A stretch of DNA of 64,000 nucleotides, taken from NCBI GenBank assembly GCA_000708835.1, contig DF237010.1, forward strand, positions 182,351 to 246,350. The letters are read 5' to 3'. Both the position numbers and the translations under genes were made by a program. The notes under the pieces are model-generated. The model was given only the letters and a program-made list of their open reading frames with translations. It was not told the DNA's origin and did no database searches. Position 1 is the stretch's first letter; every line of letters begins with the position of its first letter. Source of the stretch: Klebsormidium nitens. Its lineage: Eukaryota > Plantae > Klebsormidiophyceae. Positions 49,759 through 61,900 of this stretch are shown piece after piece.

Positions 49759-52700
49759 ATGTTGCAAGCAGGAAAGACCTCCCCCGCGGCCCTCGCAGAG
49801 CTCAAGCAGCGGGTGCTCTGGTCCCTGAGCAAGCTTAGCGACAGGGACACTCAGCAATACGCAGTGGAAGATTTAATTGCGATTGTGGATCGGCTTACGG
49901 TCGATGCCATCCCAACGTTTCTTGCCTGTCTTTATGACACGGACCTCCAGCAGAAGAGCTTTGCAAGGAAGGAGAGCGTGCGCCTTCTCGGGATCATGGC
50001 GGCAGTGCACGGAAGGACAATTGCACCGCATCTTTCTAAGATGATTGCCAATGTGGTGAGCCATGGTTCATTTTGCAAGGTTTCTTTCAAGTTTCGTTTT
50101 TCTGCTGGTTTCTACTTTTTCCCTCCGTCCATAAGCAGCACAATGAATACGTGAAAGGTGCAAAGCAGCACGGGCCTCAGAGGCAGTGGTGATCAACAAA
50201 GTGCATTCTTTTTTTCAACGGAGTGGTGCAGTGATCCAACCCCAGAGAGTGATCTCTAGAAAGGATATAAAGAACGCATGCAGAAAGATTGAGAATCAAG
50301 AAAAGGATCAATCAGAATGGAAACGCGAGAGAATGTGATGGGTGCCAATCCCCAAGCGAGCCGTCTGATGGGGAGTGCTGACTGTCTGTCCAAGGTGAGC
50401 AGCAGCCACCTCGGCTTGCCCAAAGCTAGCATCTTTCCTTCCAGGGGTTTTCTTGTCCTGGCTTTTTACGTGAAGCCTACTGAGATGTGGTAGATAAGTT
50501 TGGCTTCCGCTTTGACATCCTAACCCAGATCTTTCCAGGTTGGATTGTGACCTGGCGGCGCTCACCAGAATGGAGATGTTGTGCGATCATGTAGGTCCAA
50601 GAGTTCTTTAGCACCTATAGGTTGCCCCTTGTTTCCCCGGCTGCAAATTAGGCTTCACCTGACCTGCTATTCATAATGCAGTGGTCTGACAGGGGGACTA
50701 TCTGTCAGATTGAGTAGAGGGAGCATCGAAATGAAGTAGGCTGTTTCAAGCAGGTCTGCAAGTTATGTCTGGGCAGCCTTGCAGGCTGTCAACCCAAAAG
50801 TCCAAGGTCGGACCATGCAACCAGTGATAAAGTTGTGCAACTTGACGGCCAACCTTTTCAGTACCTGTTACGGTTCGTCGCTGTGCTCCCTAAGTGTGAG
50901 AATCGTTGGCAAGGCAACAAGCAAGAGGTACCTTCATCGATCAAGCGAAGAGACTCCTTCGTTTATGATCAAGCAGCACTGAACACCCAAAAGCGAATGG
51001 CGTACAATGCAGAGACGAGGTGCGTTCAAGTGCTAGGTGCCTGATTCGAAGGTTCTCTTTATTCCCAGGTCCAACATTTCAAGGACCAGGACTCCAAAGT
51101 GCGCGATGCATGTGCCGAGACGATGGGAGTGATTGCCGCAGAGGCGTTCCCAGCAAACGGTGCCGCAGCGGACGGGTCCAGTCCACTTAACCCCCTGGGG
51201 GCGTTCTTCCGCCCGCTCTTTGAGGCGATGAGCGAGCAGAACAGGTACTGCAGTTTGTTCCTAGCTTTACAGGTCCTTTTAGATAATGAACACAAGGATT
51301 CGCTTCCAAAACTTCGTCGGGTCGGTTGGTCAGGTCCAAGTCGGCAAGTGCAGAGCTCAAAAGACAGCCAAAAGCGCCCCTGCCTGATGAGCATAGGCTT
51401 CTGGACTGTGCTAACTGAATCTCCCTTGCTAGCCGATCGATGATTCATTGCTGTGCATTTTCAGAACCTTAATTGCCCTCAGATTAAGCAGTACCTGATC
51501 TTTCTCCTTTTTGAAACACTGGTACCACCTTTGTGAAGGAAATCTTCGTATTCTGCCCTGCAGGAACATCCAGCTGACCGCTGCCGCGAGCCTCGGTCGC
51601 GTGATCCAGTGCACCAACATCCCGCTTGCATCCAGCCTGCCGAAGCTGTGCCCCCGTGTTGTCAAGTCGCTGAGCGCCCCCAATTTTCTGGCCAAGGCGC
51701 CCCTCCTGGACTCTGTCCGTACCCTGATTGAGGTACGGCTTTGACAACTCCGTGGGTTGGAAAACCCGCAAGAAGAGTAAAAGTATGCAGGCTGGAGCAT
51801 GGTTGTCTGAGCTGTCTGCTTTGCCAGGCCTTCCAAGACTTGTGTGCTTTGATTCGTTTTGATATTGTGGGAGCGTCAATCTCCTCATGGCAGAGGACTT
51901 TAGATATGAAGGTTTTGATGCCTGTATGTCTGTCCCTGCCTTCAGCATGCAAGTATCAATGCTTTGAATTTGTCACAACATGACAAACGCTTGAGAGGTT
52001 TGTACGGAGTCAGGACTTCGTTGAGAGGGGAGACGATCAGGTCTGAACTCCGAAATTCCCATTGAATTTTTGAACAAGGAAAATAGCTGATCAAATGAGT
52101 CATAATAAGCGATCGTCCCCCCACCCATTTCAGGTCACTGGCCCAGACATCGTTCCCTTCTTGCCCGTACTGCTACCCCCAACCCTGGCGGCCTTTCTCA
52201 GCCCGGATTGGATGACCCGCAAAGCTGGGGCGCACGTTGTACAGCAGGTGGCAACTAGCGTGGGCTCAGCCGCAAGCGCGCACAAGGAGACTCTTGTGGC
52301 CAAGCTGGAAAAGCACCGCTTTGACAAGGTGGGCGCCAGAATAAGTTTGGACCCAGGTTTTATTGGATGTGGGTCTCGATTGTTGACGATTGCAAAGTTT
52401 GGCCGGTTTGCATGCGGAAGACGCTCATGCACTGTTGTCCAGTCAAAGGCCATCAGACTACTCACCAGAGATTCGCACAAAATCCTTGCATTATCTGCTT
52501 CTTTATTGAGGGTGGCTCTCCGCACTAGCCAGGTTGTAACGAGCAAAAGCTCGTAGGTCTGCTGTTCTCGCACCAAGGCCTTCCTTAACCGCTCCCTTAA
52601 CCCGGTGCTTATCCTTGTTAACCAGGTAAAAGCGGTTAGGGACGCCGTTAGCGACGCTCTGAATATGTGGAAGGACGTGGAGGACGCGCCGCGGCCCACG

Positions 52701-55700
52701 TCGTACTCGCAGTACCGACTGAAACACGGCCGACCATCGCTCGCGGCCGAGGTCTCAGGTGCGTGCTATGTGAGAGGCGGTGTCGGGATGGTTGGAAAAC
52801 CAGGACACACTGTCGTAGCGCTTACTGCTAGCGGCGTACGCGCTGATTTACACATTGGTTCATGACTAGGCAATCATAATGAGGTGGCTTGAGGTTTGAT
52901 GAGGCTGTTCTTCTGTGTGAGAACGAGGGCTCGGGCTAACGTGCCGAAGGCCTACAAGGTCCTTGGAGGCTCCTCGGGAAGATAAAGAGATCTCATACTA
53001 CAGTAAGATCCCTGAGCAACTCTTAAAGAGTCTATTCTGCCAACAGTCCTTGAATCCGGGTTTCACGTTGACCATTTTTCCCACTGGTTATCCTGCTTAT
53101 GCAGACCAAGTCGGCGAGTCCCCATCATCAGCCGACTCCCCCACCATGAGCGAGAAGGACGATCAGCCAATTGCCGCAGATATCTCTACGCCCGAGTCGG
53201 TCCCGGAAGCTCCGGAAGCCAAACCCGTCCTCACGCCCAGGACTCCAGCCCGCCCGAGCCCCTCCCCGGCGCGGCCGAAGCGGCCGCCAACAGGGACACG
53301 TGTCAAGCGGACGTCGCTCCGGGAGATGCGGCAAGCGAGCCCCGGAGGGTGGGGGGGTAGCGGGGACAAGTGGGCGGTCGAAGTGGCAGTGCCGAAAAGT
53401 GCGCGGTACAAAGAGGAGGCGGAAATTATTTCGGGGGGGTCAAATGGGGAACACTTAGAAGGGGATCAGGGGGGAGGGAATGAGCATAGGAGAAAACTGG
53501 ACATGAGTTCAAGCGATGTGGGAACGAGTGGATGGGGCGAGGAGGGCCGGCTGACGCGCGAGGAAGAAAATAAACCCGAAAAGGAAGGAAGCGGAAGCGA
53601 AATCGGGGAAGTAAAGTGGGAGAAGGGCTCCGAAAGGGCGCAGGAGCAGGAAAGGGAACTAGAAGGGCGAGGTTTGCACGGGGCGAGCCGCCTGCTAGAG
53701 ATCGGTGAGGGGGGCGAGTCTCCGGTCGATCCGAGTCACAACAGGAGTGCGCGCTGGATGGACAGCTCCGTCGTGCGGAGCTTTGAGACCGTGACGGGGC
53801 AGAATGGAGAGGTGGATGGCGGCGTTCCAGGTAAATAGAGCCACTGCGAGTATTGGAATCGATCAGGAGATTTGGCGTGGCGAGGTGTGCTTGGTCAGTA
53901 ACACAAAGTTGATATGGACACACTAAGAAAGTGCATTTCCACCTTCCGTCGTACTTGGGTGCGCGGCCACAATTGTACCTGCCTTTACCTGGTCGTAAAT
54001 GTCTCGTTTCTGGATTATCAGCAGTCCCAAAAGTGTGCGTGATATGCTGAGAGCAACTTGATAACTCCGCAGCACAGTGGAAAATTTTGGGATTGTCCCA
54101 CGTTTGGCAAAGTGCAATCTTGATCGATCCGCCACGTTGCTCCTCTGCAGGCCTGCTCTCGGACAATTTCGGTGCGTTGCAAAGGGACGACTCTCACCGA
54201 CCAAACGGGGCCTCTGTCGTACTCCCAAGCCCACGGGTTGCGGCCCTGGCAGGCCCGCTCGGTTACGAAGAGGCGAAGCCGTCCCCGCGAGAGCGCCGGA
54301 AATGGGGCCAGCCAGAAGTGGGACACTTGCAGAGCGGGGAACACAGCGTGCCTTTCGGGGCCGATGATCCGCAAACGGACCTCGCGTCCACTCAGCGGAC
54401 GGAGTTCTCTCCCTCGGAAACGAGTCACGAAGAAAACGCAAACGCCTCGTATACGGGTCAGTTGGAAATCGCGAACGAGCCCGCGGGGTCCTCGTCTGGA
54501 GAGGGGCCCTCCAACGGGGTTGCGCAGCGGGCGGAGTTTGAACGGGGGCCTGCGGCCGCTGCTGAGGAGTTGGAAGAGCGATTAACGAAATGGGGGGGGG
54601 TGGCGCAGGGGCTGGCGAGGAGCGGCGGAGGGGGGGGGGAGTGGATCGAGGTGAAGCAGCAGCTGGCAAGGCTGGAGCAGCAGCAGGCGCAGCTGATGAC
54701 CATGCTCCAGGTGGGTTCCAGTTAACCAACATTGCCCGGTTTACTTTTAACCCAAGCGGGTATCTTCTCAGTCTGGACATGACAGCTGGCTCCTACCCCT
54801 GCTGCGAAAACCTCAGTTGATGAGCGTTCGTTGGATGGAAGTGGAGCGTAGACATCAAAGAGGTGTTGCCGGCTGCCTATTTCGTGAGCTACGCCCACGA
54901 AACATTGTCAAGTTCCAAGTTTAAACTGGGGAGGCAAAACGGTGAGTATTTCCACCTTTCCTACAAGACGGTCGTAATTTCTTCAGACCTTCCTTCGCGA
55001 GGAAATTGGATGTTCACACTCAAAAAGTAAGTCCAGAGGTTGGATTTGGGATGCTCAAGTTAACTCTCTGCTTCCAGGACATGGTGACCCGGAGTCAGAC
55101 CGCTCTCAACGGGGTCGAGTCTCGAGTGTCTTGGATGGAGCGTCGGCTCGACGAGGCCCTGTCCCAGCAAACGTTGTATTCCGGAGGTGGAGGCTTGGCG
55201 ACGACCCCGTCGCCCCGGGCGCTCGACGGGGCCTTTGCCAGCTCGCCCATTTCCCGGCTTTCTCGTCCTCAAAACGGAGGTAAGGTCTAAAGAGGCTCAA
55301 ACTAGACTATCAGGCGGTTTTTTGTTCGTCCTTTCATTGCTTGTTGTTGGCGCCTCAAGATTTTGTTCGGCAGCTGCTCCCATAGCAAAGCGTATCTCTG
55401 GAGCACCATCCAGCAGTTAATCGGCGAAACTTTCGTCCCGGAACGGAACAAAGCCCTCAAGAGATCGGGTCTCTCAAACGCTAAGCATCACTGCTATCAC
55501 TGCTACTGTAGCCCACTTCAGTTACAACCTGCAAAAGTATTTGCCACTGTGCAAAGTAACCCTCGCCTATTTGCTCCAGGCGTGCGGCGATGGAGCGGCA
55601 CCCAGTACTCGAACCCTGTCGCTGACCCCCCTGCCACGGAGCACCCGTTTTCCTTCCGGCCAAGCCCCCTCCGAGAACAGCTAACGAGAAAAAGCCAGGA

Positions 55701-56879
55701 CGAGCCTTCGCCCAGTCCTTCAACTCTCCCGCTTGCACAGAGACCCCTCTCCGCCCGCTCCGGGCCCGACTTTGCTGACATCAGCGCAAGCCCGTCCGCC
55801 CACTACGCTAACGTCAGCAACGGGCTCCCCAGAGAGTACGCCGCCGTAAGCGCGGGGCCGCCTTTGCAGTACGCTGACGTTAGCGGAGGACGTTACAATC
55901 ACGGCGACGGCGCGAGTCGAAGATTTGCGGGGGAAACGACGGACGCCGGGGGATCCCCCGCCGAGCGGGGGAGTCCGTTGGTGTCGCGGAGGGTCAGCGG
56001 GGTCGGGGCGGAGGCCGCAGCCCACGGGGCCAAGGCGTGGAGCGCCGCGCAAGAGTGGCTGCGGCACGGCAAGGTGGAAGAAGCGTACATGGAGGTGCTG
56101 AGCCTGGGGGACGAGCTACAGGTAAGCTTTGTGGTTGTTTTGGGATTTCGGGTGCGAGGTCCTCCAATCCGACCGCTCTTTGGAACGTTTGCAATTTGGC
56201 AATCCGAGTTGCAGGGGACGAGCTGCGTGCGATTTGTCAGCGGTTGCGTAGAAGTCGAGTCAGCGGGGCAGCTCTGCTCGTGAATCAAAATGGCGAAGCT
56301 TCAACTGAGTTTAGACATTTGCTCTTTGTCCTGACATCATATACCTTGCGAAGCCTGTTCGGCCCTGAAACGCTCAGAAGTCACCCCAGAACTAACGACC
56401 ACGTCAGTGCCTTCGAAAACTCCTCGCTTCTCAATCGCAATCTTCCAATTGGAGCCACACTCTTATTTCTACCGCAAAAAGACAAAGCCTTTTGATTTTC
56501 TGCACCTCCTCCGCTTTTACATCCCTGGCGCTGTCCCGCATGCAAATATCACCCATAACAAACCGTGCTGTTTCTGCAGCTCATCCGCCTGCTGGGGCGG
56601 ACTGGACCGGTCCTCTTTCAACTTACCCCCCCCACCGCGGCCGAGGTCATCTCCATCTTGGCGGTTCTGCTGAAGCAGGAGAGCTTTCTTGACGTCATCT
56701 TGCCGTGGATGCACCAGCTGGCGGACCCCGCAAACGACGCCCTGCTGCCACGTGGCCTCCAAAGAGAGGTCGTGTGGGCGCTCCAAGTCGTGGCTGCGCA
56801 GCCCACACTGAGCGGCAGCGAGGCGGCCAAGCTCGTGACGACGCTGTGTGCGTTGTGGGCGCCCGCGTTTGTTGAGTGA
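49759..56879 (+). CDS. TOR1: TORTIFOLIA1/SPIRAL2 microtubule minus-end-binding HEAT-repeat protein, 10 exons
   Basis: Exons 49759-50055, 51069-51244, 51564-51732, 52134-52328, 52626-52758, 53105-53830, 54151-54710, 55078-55279, 55580-56121 and 56580-56879 join in frame. Motifs ELKQRVLWSLSKLSDRDTQQYAVEDL, RKESVRLL, KDQDSKVRDAC, DWMTRKA, RFDKVKAVRDAV, the coiled coil WIEVKQQLARLEQQQAQLMTMLQD and the C-terminal GKVEEAYMEVLSLGDELQLIRLLGRTGPV. Confidence 0.95.
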
Positions 56880-57932
56880 CAACACCGAAGGAGTCGCCCA
56901 CAAGGTAGATCGCAGAAGAACTGCCGTCGTTAATGGTGCCTCGAAGCTTCGGACGACCATGAAAGCGCATGCTTGGAAGATGAGTTGGAGAGTCCTGGTT
57001 CTGTGTTGTCCGTCGAATATTAACAAGAGTTGCCCCTGCGCCCTACTTTCCACTAACATCCGCCTCGATCCTGAGATCAGTGTTGAGAGATTGAGACCGC
57101 CCGTCTTAAGTCAAGATTAACCACCGCCCCTTCAAGTAGTTCGCAACGTCCACCAGATGAACGCGTTATGCTAGTAGCGCAGACTCGATCGGCTCTGCAA
57201 CAAGTTTCATGATCTTGAGAGAAGGTGTAACGACCTGCAACAAGAAAGACGTCAAAAGGTTGCAGGCGGAAGGCTGTGCACAGCAGCTAACGATTGTATA
57301 GAGCAGGACCTGAACAAGTATCAGAACTAACCTACCCCTGACCGCGTTAAGAAGACTTTGACTAGGATTACTACAACACTAACCGGTAAGAAGTATCAGC
57401 ATCCGAAAATAGGGACGCAGACGCTCACGAGTTGATTTTATCCCACCCGAGTTGAGTAGGTATTGCCCGGCACCAAACAGATCACGTTATCTATACTATA
57501 GCTGACAGGAAAAGTTTGTGCCCCTTCAATTCTTCTATCCTGGGCCAGTGTGCGTAGGTGGCCCTCCTGGGCGATGGCATTTTCAGTCTTCATGCAGGAT
57601 TTGTTTGCCAACCGCCTAAAACGTAGTGCTTACGCCAGCGGCACATGCTCACATCTATCAGTGCACAGTGAGATGGCCCGGCCGGTGTGCAGAGCTACAG
57701 AAGCCCACGTGTAGGGTAATGTGTGGAAATCGCTGTGCGGTGACTGTATCATAATTGCCAGCCGTGATAGCGGCCGGCCGCTTCAGTACGTACACCTATA
57801 GCTGGCGTGTGAAATCAGCATGGCGCTGCGCACATGCGTGCCAGCCATATGGCACATGTGCTTAAAAGGGGCGTACCCCTACAAAACCCCCTTTCACCCG
57901 CTATTCCACGGACAAGGTGGTGCCCGGGGAAT

Positions 57933-58014
57933 GTCGGCGTAGCATAGTGGTAGCGCGCGCGGTTCCAAATGCCTCAAGTTGCAAGTTCGATTCTCGCAAA
58001 AATGTTTCCTTTTT
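57933..58014 (+). pseudogene. Degenerate tRNA-Trp(CCA)-like sequence (tRNA pseudogene or tRNA-derived SINE head)
   Basis: A-box-like TAGCATAGTGG at 57940-57950, anticodon-loop-like TTCCAAA, T-arm GCAAG-TTCGATT-CTCGC with the B-box core GTTCGA, and a T5 run at 58010-58014. The acceptor and anticodon stems do not pair. Confidence 0.55.
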
Positions 58015-58942
58015 GGGTCACCCGCAGAGCGGCGCACATATAATCACAGCGTATTCTTTCAAGGCGAGGCAGTTTCGGTCCAAACCTGTTCGGTAGTGAC
58101 TCTCAGTGGAGACAGAATAGTTGTAGGACGCGGAGATCCAGGCGCTGCGCGGCGTAGGTCATACGATTTCACAGGGATTTGATAATTCCCCGTAGCTTGC
58201 ACCTGGCCCCCGGTGCACTTACGGACTGCCGTACCCGGTGAACTCAGCTTTCAACCGACCACCAAGGCGGAGTCAAACTCACAGCTGCGTAGCGTACGTC
58301 GATCTTCTTTTGAGCTTTTGAGATCGACGGTCAAATCGCTGACGGATCGTCACCGACGGCTGCCGATACCACTTCAGCGTCCGGCGTTCCCCGGAACGGA
58401 ACGCCCCTTTTAACCGCGCGAGATCATTCTTCTGTATTATACATATGCCAGCCTGCGTGCGGCGGCGTCATGTGTCATCATGGGTCCGATCAATTGTCAT
58501 CATGTCAGTGACTCCGGTGCAATTGTAATGCGTATATATCCGATTCATGCATTGGCATTCGAGCTCGAGTCACTGACATATGCTTCCGAGTTGACTATAG
58601 TAACAGTCGTCATTGCGTTTGCGATCGCTAACTCAAATGATTGCATTGAGTTAGTAATCCATTGCGGTCTACGCCAACGCGTTATCATCTTGAAATTTAC
58701 CGCGCCGATCTAACTGATACGCGTACGGGTATATACCCGTGTTCATATGTTGAATAAATACTCTGCTCAACTTGCGGCTAGTCGGACGAGTAGGGGATTA
58801 GTCAAACCTATAGTACACTATAACAGCAACTCAAGTGTCAATTGAAGCTCAGGCCCACTACTTTGCAGATCTCGTGCAGTGACCCGAAGCGACCGAACTT
58901 TAAAGCAATCGTAGGAGTCACTCAACCATTAATAGCTGTGAG

Positions 58943-61900
58943 TCACCTCGGCTTTGTCCGTTTTTTGGCTTCGCTGTACAGCACAACTCCTAAAAGGGTC
59001 AAAGCAAATCCGCATGTGCCTTGCAGCGTGACAGGGTTGCGGAAAATCGCGACAGATATCACAACCGCCAGAGCCGCCTTCGCATTTCCAAGCACCTGCA
59101 AAAACCCAACCACTTCTTAGGGTCTCTGAAAGCTCGTCGTTTGTTCTAAGCGCTTCTGTGGGTTTCACACTTTGGCGGATCAGTAGGAATCGTTAGAAAG
59201 TTAGAAAGTCAGTGAGGAAGGTCATCTGACCCGTTTTGCAGAATCGGATGATAATCCCTTTCCCCCCCCCGCCCCCCTCCCTTTTTTGCCTTCACGTCTT
59301 GATTTTTGAAAGCTTGCGAAGCATTCACCACTTTACTTCTTTGCCGTCGCAAAGAGACAGCGAGCACCTTTCGGAAAGTTAAGCAGCAGCAGGTGAACCC
59401 TCCAAGGTTGTGCTCTTTCTCTTACTATTCTCTCAGCAAGCAACAACGAGTGTCCCCAACAATTTTCGGACGGAACGCGGGCAAAACCGACTACAGAAGC
59501 TACACGCAGATCTTCCCACTAGCCCGTTCTGCAGCCACAACAACCGAAGCCCACATTAAACCCAAAGCCCAACCGAAAAACGCGATGCGCGCGCACCTGC
59601 AGCGTGAGGGCGCTGGTGTGCTTGGTCACGATGAAGTTCATGAGGTTGACCAGATACGCCATGGTCATGTTCCCCGCCAGGTACGCAAAGATGCGCGGCG
59701 ACTCGACGCCCTTTTGCAGCGTGACCGCCAGGACGTTGCCCTCCATGAGCAGCGACGCGGGCAGGAGCGCCACGCTGGCGACAGGCGCCATGTACATGAG
59801 CAGGTTCATGCTGTTGAGCTTCTCGGAGTCGGAGGACAGCAAAATGCCCTGGGAAAAATGACGAATTGCCGTGGTTCGTACCGGGTTAAGTGAGAAGGTG
59901 GGTTATGTGAAAGCAGGTTCATGCTGTTGAGCTTCTCCGAGTCGGACAACAGCAGAACGCCCTGACGAAAAAAGACGGGTTGCCCTGGTTCGCACCGGGT
60001 TAAGTGGGAAGGTGGGTTATGCATAAGCAGGTTTATGCTGCTGGGCTTCTCGGATCGGAAGACAGCAGAATGCCCTGGGAAAGAGAGGGGGGAGACGTGT
60101 CTTTGAGCTGTCTTTAAGGGTGCACTAGACCGGATCGATGCAACTAAGTACTTCGGAGGAGGAAAGCAGGATTGTACCGAGAAAAAAGGGGGCGCTCGTC
60201 TACTTGGCACCGAATCAAGTGGAAAGGGTAGGCTACTCTGAGCAGGTTCATGCTCTTTAGCTTCTCGGAGTCGGGGGACAGCAAAATGCCCTGGAAAAGG
60301 GGGGTGGAGCAGTTCCATAGCTTTTCTGTGTATTTTCCAGAGCTGGGATTACAAATGGACTGGATCGACCACTACTCAGGAGAGTAGAGTTCTGCTCCGA
60401 TTGAGTTTCTCGGCTCCAGAGGAATGCGAACTGCCCTGGAAAGACAGGACGCCATTAAGTGAACCAAAGCCGTGACTGGTGATCGACAAGATTGGACTCT
60501 TTGTGAGGGCGGCTTTTCTAAGCACGTCCACGAAGTTGAAGCAGGATGCTCGGGTGAGAGAGGGTTGTGCTTTCAGAAAGGGACTGGTAATCGACGAGAG
60601 GATTTTACTAGCAAGGGCGGTACATCTCTCAGCAGGATCGAATCAAGGCCAAAAATTGGGGGAGGTGAACTCAGAAAAATAGCAAACGCCGGCGCAATCG
60701 GAATTGCACAGAGCGGTTCTCGCATCGAGCTTCTCGAGACTAGGTGAAAGATGGATAGCTTAGGAAGAGAAGATCTCGAAGCGTCAATGCGCAAGACAAC
60801 TCAGCTCAACAGAACTCAGAAAGGAAGAAAGTCGTCGGCAGGTAAAATAGCTTTTAACTTGTCGAAGGGGGAAAAGTAGAATGCGTTGGGAGTCAAAGAC
60901 GGGACCAGAACGGGAAGCATCTGATACAGGCTGGTCAACAGCGAAGCGTTTCGATATAATGGACGGGTCACTGACAAAGCTCTGATCTTTCGAAAAAAAC
61001 GGGGCGGCGATCTGTAACTCTACGGATCGAAGTGAACTGAAGACTCAACGGTCGAAGTAAAGCCGTTTTTAAGCTGCTGCAATCCCCTGTCCTCGAAGGC
61101 GTTCCTAAGGCAATCTCCTTATCATTTGACTTTTGAGGGTACCCAGTCTCACCTGCAGGACGCTCTTGCAAGCCCGTGCTGACGTCGAAGTCAGACACAT
61201 CAAGAACCCAAAGAGGTTGAAGAGGGGCTCGCCGCCGCTTGCAATCACGATGCCCAGAACAATCGGTATGAGAGTGGCGTAGACCTGCGAAAGAAACGCC
61301 GTGTTACAAAAACCAAAAGAAATCCGCACTGAGCGTACAATTTCAGGTGCTTGATACAAACTGCTTCAAAGAGAAGCCGTTGATTCACACAGGGAAAAGG
61401 AGAAACGGAGTAAAGGACTGACAGGGATTCCAGAACTTTCGGAGGAGCCACAGCTCGCTGTAGCTCGCTGACTCGTCAAAGAGCGCCCCTCGTATCACCA
61501 ATTGGCAGAAGCGACTTGCGCTAGATGTATAAGAGATCAAAGCGATGACCCTACAAGTTCGTCGTTCTGGGAAGCAAAGCTGTCTCACCGGCATGGCTTC
61601 CGTCTTCCAGGTCATGAGCACCGCAAAGAGCGCCGTGAAAAAGGGGCCTGTGGCGCCGATCGCCTGATTGAACGAGACTGGGAGGAACCGGAGCGAGACG
61701 TTTCCGGCCACCACCGAGAGGCAGAAGATGAGACTGAGGCCCGAGATTTTGAGCATCTGTGTCCTCGAGGAGAGCGGCTGGTAGGGCACGAGCTTGAGGA
61801 GCTTGATGAAGAGGAGGCTGTAGAAGGTGCACGCCAGCATGTGCAGCTGCACGGAGAAGAACGGGATCAACTAATGAATCTGACGTTTGCATCTTTTCTT

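Noticed and set aside
53923-54780. 285-aa minus-strand ORF
   Set aside because: Antisense shadow of the GC-rich TOR1 exon 7.
635-56879. Cytoskeleton-themed gene cluster (ABIL, FUZ, TOR1)
   Set aside because: The genes are far apart, interspersed with unrelated housekeeping genes, and share no visible regulatory element. Most likely coincidence.
57877-57890. CCCTACAAAACCCC as a possible telomerase RNA template or telomeric repeat
   Set aside because: It does not match a TTTAGGG or TTTTAGGG permutation exactly, is not repeated, and has no upstream USE/TATA arrangement that I could identify.
57933-58005. Functional tRNA-Trp gene
   Set aside because: The acceptor and anticodon stems cannot pair, so it is kept only as a pseudogene or SINE-like element.
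59850-60100. Regularly spaced 113-bp repeats as a CRISPR-like array
   Set aside because: The repeats are copies of a host intron/exon junction, the spacers are also homologous, there are no cas genes, and the context is eukaryotic.
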